This document shows, piece by piece, positions 7,194-10,630 of a stretch of 10,630 nt of DNA (position 1 is the first letter of the stretch; each line of letters starts with the position of its first letter). The position numbers were made by a program, and so were the translations under genes. The notes below the pieces were generated by a model that made no database searches, was not told the DNA's origin, and saw only the letters and a program-made list of their open reading frames with translations. This DNA comes from Nitrospirota bacterium (GTDB lineage Bacteria > Nitrospirota > UBA9217), in assembly GCA_035623825.1 (NCBI GenBank), contig DASPSR010000054.1, positions 1 to 10,630 on the forward strand, in the 5' to 3' direction.

Positions 7194-8269
7194 ATTCCTT
7201 GTAATAGTACCTCTTCCCACTCCCGGTTCTCAAGTACTTTCAGCTGGATCCTGAGAGCCCGGATGCCGTCGGGGTTCAGTTGTTTCAGCCTCACAGCGTC
7301 CTTCTCCGTAGTGATCATCATGCGTATGTTCTCAGCCGCAGCCTTCTGACGCAGCGCTGCAAGATCAGACCCATTATAGGCATAATGGTCGGGGTATGCA
7401 ATCATGGCCCGGATTTCGGCGCCTAGCGCGCGAAGAAGCATCGCGAGGGATTCAGGCCGTGCAATTCCGGAGAACGCAAGTACGGTGGTCCCTCGCAGCG
7501 CGGAAAGCGGCATGACGTCGCCTGTAATAATGTCGATGATGTCCGTGGGTTCCTGTCGGGATGTGAATATTCGTGCCTCTGTCATGCGCCCGATGATGCC
7601 TTTTAGCTTGGCGAGATCTGTCGCCCTATCCTCGCCGGTGATGAGCACAACCTGCGCCCGCTTGAGAGCTGTAAGAGGCTCTCTCAATATTCCCGCAGGA
7701 AAGAGTTTTCCGTTCCCAAATGGGTCAGCGGCATCGACCAAGACGATATCAAGGTCCCTTTTTAGCCGGAGATGCTGAAAACCGTCGTCAAGAACGACCG
7801 TGTCTATGTCGAATCTCTGTTTTGCAAATACAGCGGCCTGACACTTGTCGCTGCCAACGACAACCGGCACCTCCGGCAGCACGGAGCCGATCAAAACCGG
7901 TTCATCCCCTCCGGTTTCCGTATCGACGAGCACTTTTTCTCCGTCTGACACGACCACGATGCCAGACCTGTCTTTCCTTCCGTACCCCCTGCTTATGACG
8001 GCAGGCCGTTTCCGGTTCCTCTGCAAGAGTCCCACTATCTGTATTACTGCCGGCGTTTTTCCCGTACCGCCGAGGGTAATATTGCCGACCGATATGACGT
8101 TCAACTCCAGGCTTCGCTGTCTCGCGACTCGAAGCCGATAAAGAGTATGGCGGAGGTGGACGGCGAGAGCGTAAAAGGCAGACAGCAGCTGGAGGCACAT
8201 CCCGACAATAAGAGACTTTTTCCTTCCATACATCACGTCTTCGATATAAGAGCGGACGTTAGTTTTCAC
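7190..8269 (-). CDS. lpxK: Tetraacyldisaccharide (lipid A) 4'-kinase
   Basis: SVGNITLGGTGKTP (P-loop), SRGYG, GDEP, LDDGFQH, PAGILREP, AFSGIARP, YPDHY and TTEKDAVRL. The start is uncertain: GTG 8269 (overlapping the waaA stop) is preferred over TTG 8293 or ATG 8233. Confidence 0.95.
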   Translation of the reverse strand: MKTNVRSYIEDVMYGRKKSLIVGMCLQLLSAFYALAVHLRHTLYRLRVARQRSLELNVISVGNITLGGTGKTPAVIQIVGLLQRNRKRPAVISRGYGRKDRSGIVVVSDGEKVLVDTETGGDEPVLIGSVLPEVPVVVGSDKCQAAVFAKQRFDIDTVVLDDGFQHLRLKRDLDIVLVDAADPFGNGKLFPAGILREPLTALKRAQVVLITGEDRATDLAKLKGIIGRMTEARIFTSRQEPTDIIDIITGDVMPLSALRGTTVLAFSGIARPESLAMLLRALGAEIRAMIAYPDHYAYNGSDLAALRQKAAAENIRMMITTEKDAVRLKQLNPDGIRALRIQLKVLENREWEEVLLQGI

Positions 8270-9521
8270 GTATAAGCCTGCCGATAGCGTCAATCGTCCT
8301 TTTCGTTGCCCCGGAATTGGATTCGATCACTGTGAATGCTTTGTCCCCTATTTGCTGAGCATAGTTTTTGTCTGACAATAATTTATCCGCCTGAACATAG
8401 AGCTCTTCCTTATCCCTTACAAGGATGCCGCCGCCGGCAGAGATCAGGGCCTCTGATATTTCTTTAAAGTTGAACATGTAACGGCTGAAAATAACAGGTT
8501 TTTTCATTGCTGCAGGTTCAAGGAGATTATGCCCGCCGACCCTTACAAGACTTCCGCCGACAAATGCGAGGTCACAGATACCATAGAATGTACGAAGTTC
8601 GCCGATGGTGTCAAGCAGGAGCACGTCTTTTATCGTCCCTTTCAGTCTTGTCCTCCTTTGACATTCGTACCCGGCCTTGTTGATGAGCCCAGAGACTTCA
8701 TCGAACCTCTCGGGATGTCGGGGGGCGATAATGAGGATCAACTCGGGGAACTTTTCCCGCAGTCTCCTGAATATTTCGAGCAGGGCAGCCTCCTCCCCTC
8801 GATGCGTGCTTCCGGCGGTAATGACCTTGCTCCCTTTCGGCATCTGAACAGGGCTCGGTTGGCTTTCGGGGATTTTCTGATCGAATTTCAGGTTTCCCGT
8901 GATTATTACTTTTTCCTGGGGTGCTCCAATGTCCTTTATACGCGCCGCGTCATCGGCAGACTGCATGCAGAAGATGGTCACATGCGAAAAGACCTGTCTG
9001 AAGAACGTTTTAAATTTTATGTAATTTTTGAACGAGTGCGGGGATATTCGACCGTTTACGACGGCCGAAGGAATGCCCTCCCTCTTCAGTTCACGGAAGA
9101 AATTTGGCCAAAGCTCCGTTTCCGCCACAAGCACGACCGCAGGGTTGATCTCGCGTATAACCCGGCGCACAATCCACGGGAAATCAAAGGGGAAAAAAAA
9201 TACCGCATCGGCCTCCGGCACCCGCTGATGGGCAGTATGGTTGCCGGTGACCGTGACCGTAGAGAGGATCAGTTTCCTGTCAGGGTATTTTTTCTTCAGT
9301 TCGCGGACAAGCGGGTGAGCTGCCATAACCTCGCCAACGGATACGGCATGAATCCAGATGGGACGTGTTCCCCGAATTGCCTTTTGGACCGACTTCCGGA
9401 TGCGACCCAGTTTTTGGGATATGCCGCCGCGGTACTTCGGCACGGTGACAAGTTTGAACAGAATGAACGGCGACAGGAGCAGTGTCAGCAAAACAAGCAG
9501 TATATTGTATAGAATGTACAT
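8259..9521 (-). CDS. waaA: 3-deoxy-D-manno-octulosonic acid (Kdo) transferase
   Basis: 420 aa with an N-terminal membrane anchor, WIHAVSVGE, ETELWPN, GNLKFD, AGSTHRGEE, APRHPER, DTIGEL and GGHNLLEPA. Confidence 0.98.
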   Translation of the reverse strand: MYILYNILLVLLTLLLSPFILFKLVTVPKYRGGISQKLGRIRKSVQKAIRGTRPIWIHAVSVGEVMAAHPLVRELKKKYPDRKLILSTVTVTGNHTAHQRVPEADAVFFFPFDFPWIVRRVIREINPAVVLVAETELWPNFFRELKREGIPSAVVNGRISPHSFKNYIKFKTFFRQVFSHVTIFCMQSADDAARIKDIGAPQEKVIITGNLKFDQKIPESQPSPVQMPKGSKVITAGSTHRGEEAALLEIFRRLREKFPELILIIAPRHPERFDEVSGLINKAGYECQRRTRLKGTIKDVLLLDTIGELRTFYGICDLAFVGGSLVRVGGHNLLEPAAMKKPVIFSRYMFNFKEISEALISAGGGILVRDKEELYVQADKLLSDKNYAQQIGDKAFTVIESNSGATKRTIDAIGRLIREN

Positions 9522-9537
9522 ACTATCATGTCACCCG

Positions 9538-10188
9538 CTACGATGCTTCATGATGAAAGTACTGATCAGCCTGCTCCATCACCCGGTTCAGCGCCTCGGT
9601 CAGTTCCCTGCGCTTTGACTCAAGTTCTTCCTCTTTTGTTCCATGGACTATGATAGGCTCTCCGTACACAACCACAGCCTGCGTGAAGGGCACGGGGAGC
9701 ATGTATTTATCCCATATTTTTCCGAGAATCCAGTATTGCTTCGCGCTTGACGATACGGGGACTATAGGCTTGTTCAGCTTGCCTGCCAGATAGGTTATCC
9801 CCTGCTTCACCTCATAGATAGGGCCGCGGGGCCCATCCACGGCGATGGCGATATTCTTGCCTTCTCGCAGACCTTCGACCATTCCGAGGAGCGCCCGGCC
9901 GCCCTTCCGTTTGCTCGACCCCCTCACCACATTGAACCCGAATCGTTTGAGAATCCCGGCCTGGATATCGCCGTCACGGCTTTCACTGGCGGGAATGACA
10001 ATGCCCGAATTGCGCTGGTGATGGAACAGTAAAAATTGCCTTCCGTGCCAGAATGCATAGATCAGGTTTTTGCCTTCCGTTATCAGGCGGTCAGCGTCCT
10101 CCTTTTTCACGGTGTGCGTGCGTATTGTCATGCTCCAGATCGAAATCAGCGCCCAGCCGACGTATGAGATTAGTTTTTCCCTCATCAT
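9538..10188 (-). CDS. DUF374 / lysophospholipid acyltransferase family protein; probable LpxJ-type lipid A late acyltransferase
   Basis: 216 aa with [27 protein letters not shown] and [10 protein letters not shown], typical of DUF374. Located between msbA and waaA, with ATGA overlap with the msbA stop. Confidence 0.82.
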   Translation of the reverse strand: MMREKLISYVGWALISIWSMTIRTHTVKKEDADRLITEGKNLIYAFWHGRQFLLFHHQRNSGIVIPASESRDGDIQAGILKRFGFNVVRGSSKRKGGRALLGMVEGLREGKNIAIAVDGPRGPIYEVKQGITYLAGKLNKPIVPVSSSAKQYWILGKIWDKYMLPVPFTQAVVVYGEPIIVHGTKEEELESKRRELTEALNRVMEQADQYFHHEAS

Positions 10189-10630
10189 TCCTGCACCCGT
10201 ATCAGAGGCTCGTCCCTGAACTGCTGGTCATAGAGGTTCTTGTATTCTCCGGCCAGTGCGAGGAGTTCCCTATGTCTGCCCTGCTCGACGATCCTCCCGT
10301 CCTTGAGGACGATGATGCGGTCCGCATTCATGATCGTGGAAAGCCTGTGGGCTATCACGAAGCTGGTTCTGCCCATCATGAGCGTATCGAGGGCTTTCTG
10401 CACCTCTCGTTCTGATTCCGTATCGAGGGAAGAGGTGGCTTCATCAAGAATGAGTATGGGGGCGTCTTTAAGAAGCGCCCGCGCTATGGCAATCCGCTGG
10501 CGCTGGCCGCCGGAAAGCTTCACCCCCGACTCACCGATGACCGTATCATACCCCTGGGGAAGTGTGCGGATAAAATCATCTGCATATGCAGCATGGGCCG
10601 CGCCAACCACCTTATCAAATGGCTTCTCGG
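10185..10630 (-). CDS. msbA: ABC transporter ATP-binding domain C-terminus, probable lipid A flippase MsbA (5'-truncated by the window end)
   Basis: The frame stays open to the edge (...[20 protein letters not shown]). It has the signature LSGGQRQR, Walker B/D-loop [12 protein letters not shown] and switch IAHRLST. The msbA identity is inferred from adjacency to waaA/lpxK. Confidence 0.8.
   Translation of the reverse strand, partial: EKPFDKVVGAAHAAYADDFIRTLPQGYDTVIGESGVKLSGGQRQRIAIARALLKDAPILILDEATSSLDTESEREVQKALDTLMMGRTSFVIAHRLSTIMNADRIIVLKDGRIVEQGRHRELLALAGEYKNLYDQQFRDEPLIRVQE

Noticed and set aside
9189-9200. T8-C4 homopolymer run in waaA as a phase-variation or frameshift site
   Set aside because: It encodes the expected aromatic F-F-F-P-F-D segment, the frame is intact, the tract is short, and waaA is normally essential.
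8529-9512. Long 327-aa plus-strand ORF antisense to waaA
   Set aside because: It is in exact codon register with waaA and ends at waaA's CTA codon 4. It stays open simply because waaA avoids TTA/CTA/TCA codons over this stretch, and it has no protein motifs. The other plus-strand ORFs over lapAB, rlmH, proA, proB and lpxK are likewise antisense shadows.
1-10630. A novel defence, mobile, CRISPR or RNA-gene system
   Set aside because: Nearly all bases are explained by conserved housekeeping genes. I found no repeat-spacer array, transposase/integrase, tRNA-like fold or unexplained gap longer than 144 nt.

Overview
A gene-dense housekeeping window from a Gram-negative (LPS-producing) bacterium. 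All 12 supportable genes lie on the minus strand. In transcription order they are: msbA-like ABC transporter (5'-truncated by the window edge), DUF374/LpxJ-type lipid A acyltransferase, waaA, lpxK, gmhB, proB, proA, nadD, rsfS, rlmH, an apparent LapA-LapB fusion (membrane hairpin + TPRs + C-terminal rubredoxin-like 4-Cys motif), and gpmI (3'-truncated and absent from the supplied ORF track). I see no mobile element, CRISPR array, rRNA or tRNA, and no convincing new multi-gene system. The best leads are the LapA-LapB fusion, the direct junction of a lipid A/core cluster to proBA-nadD-rsfS-rlmH, and hairpin-rich intergenic regions upstream of nadD and gpmI. All assignments come from motif recognition by eye; no searches were run.
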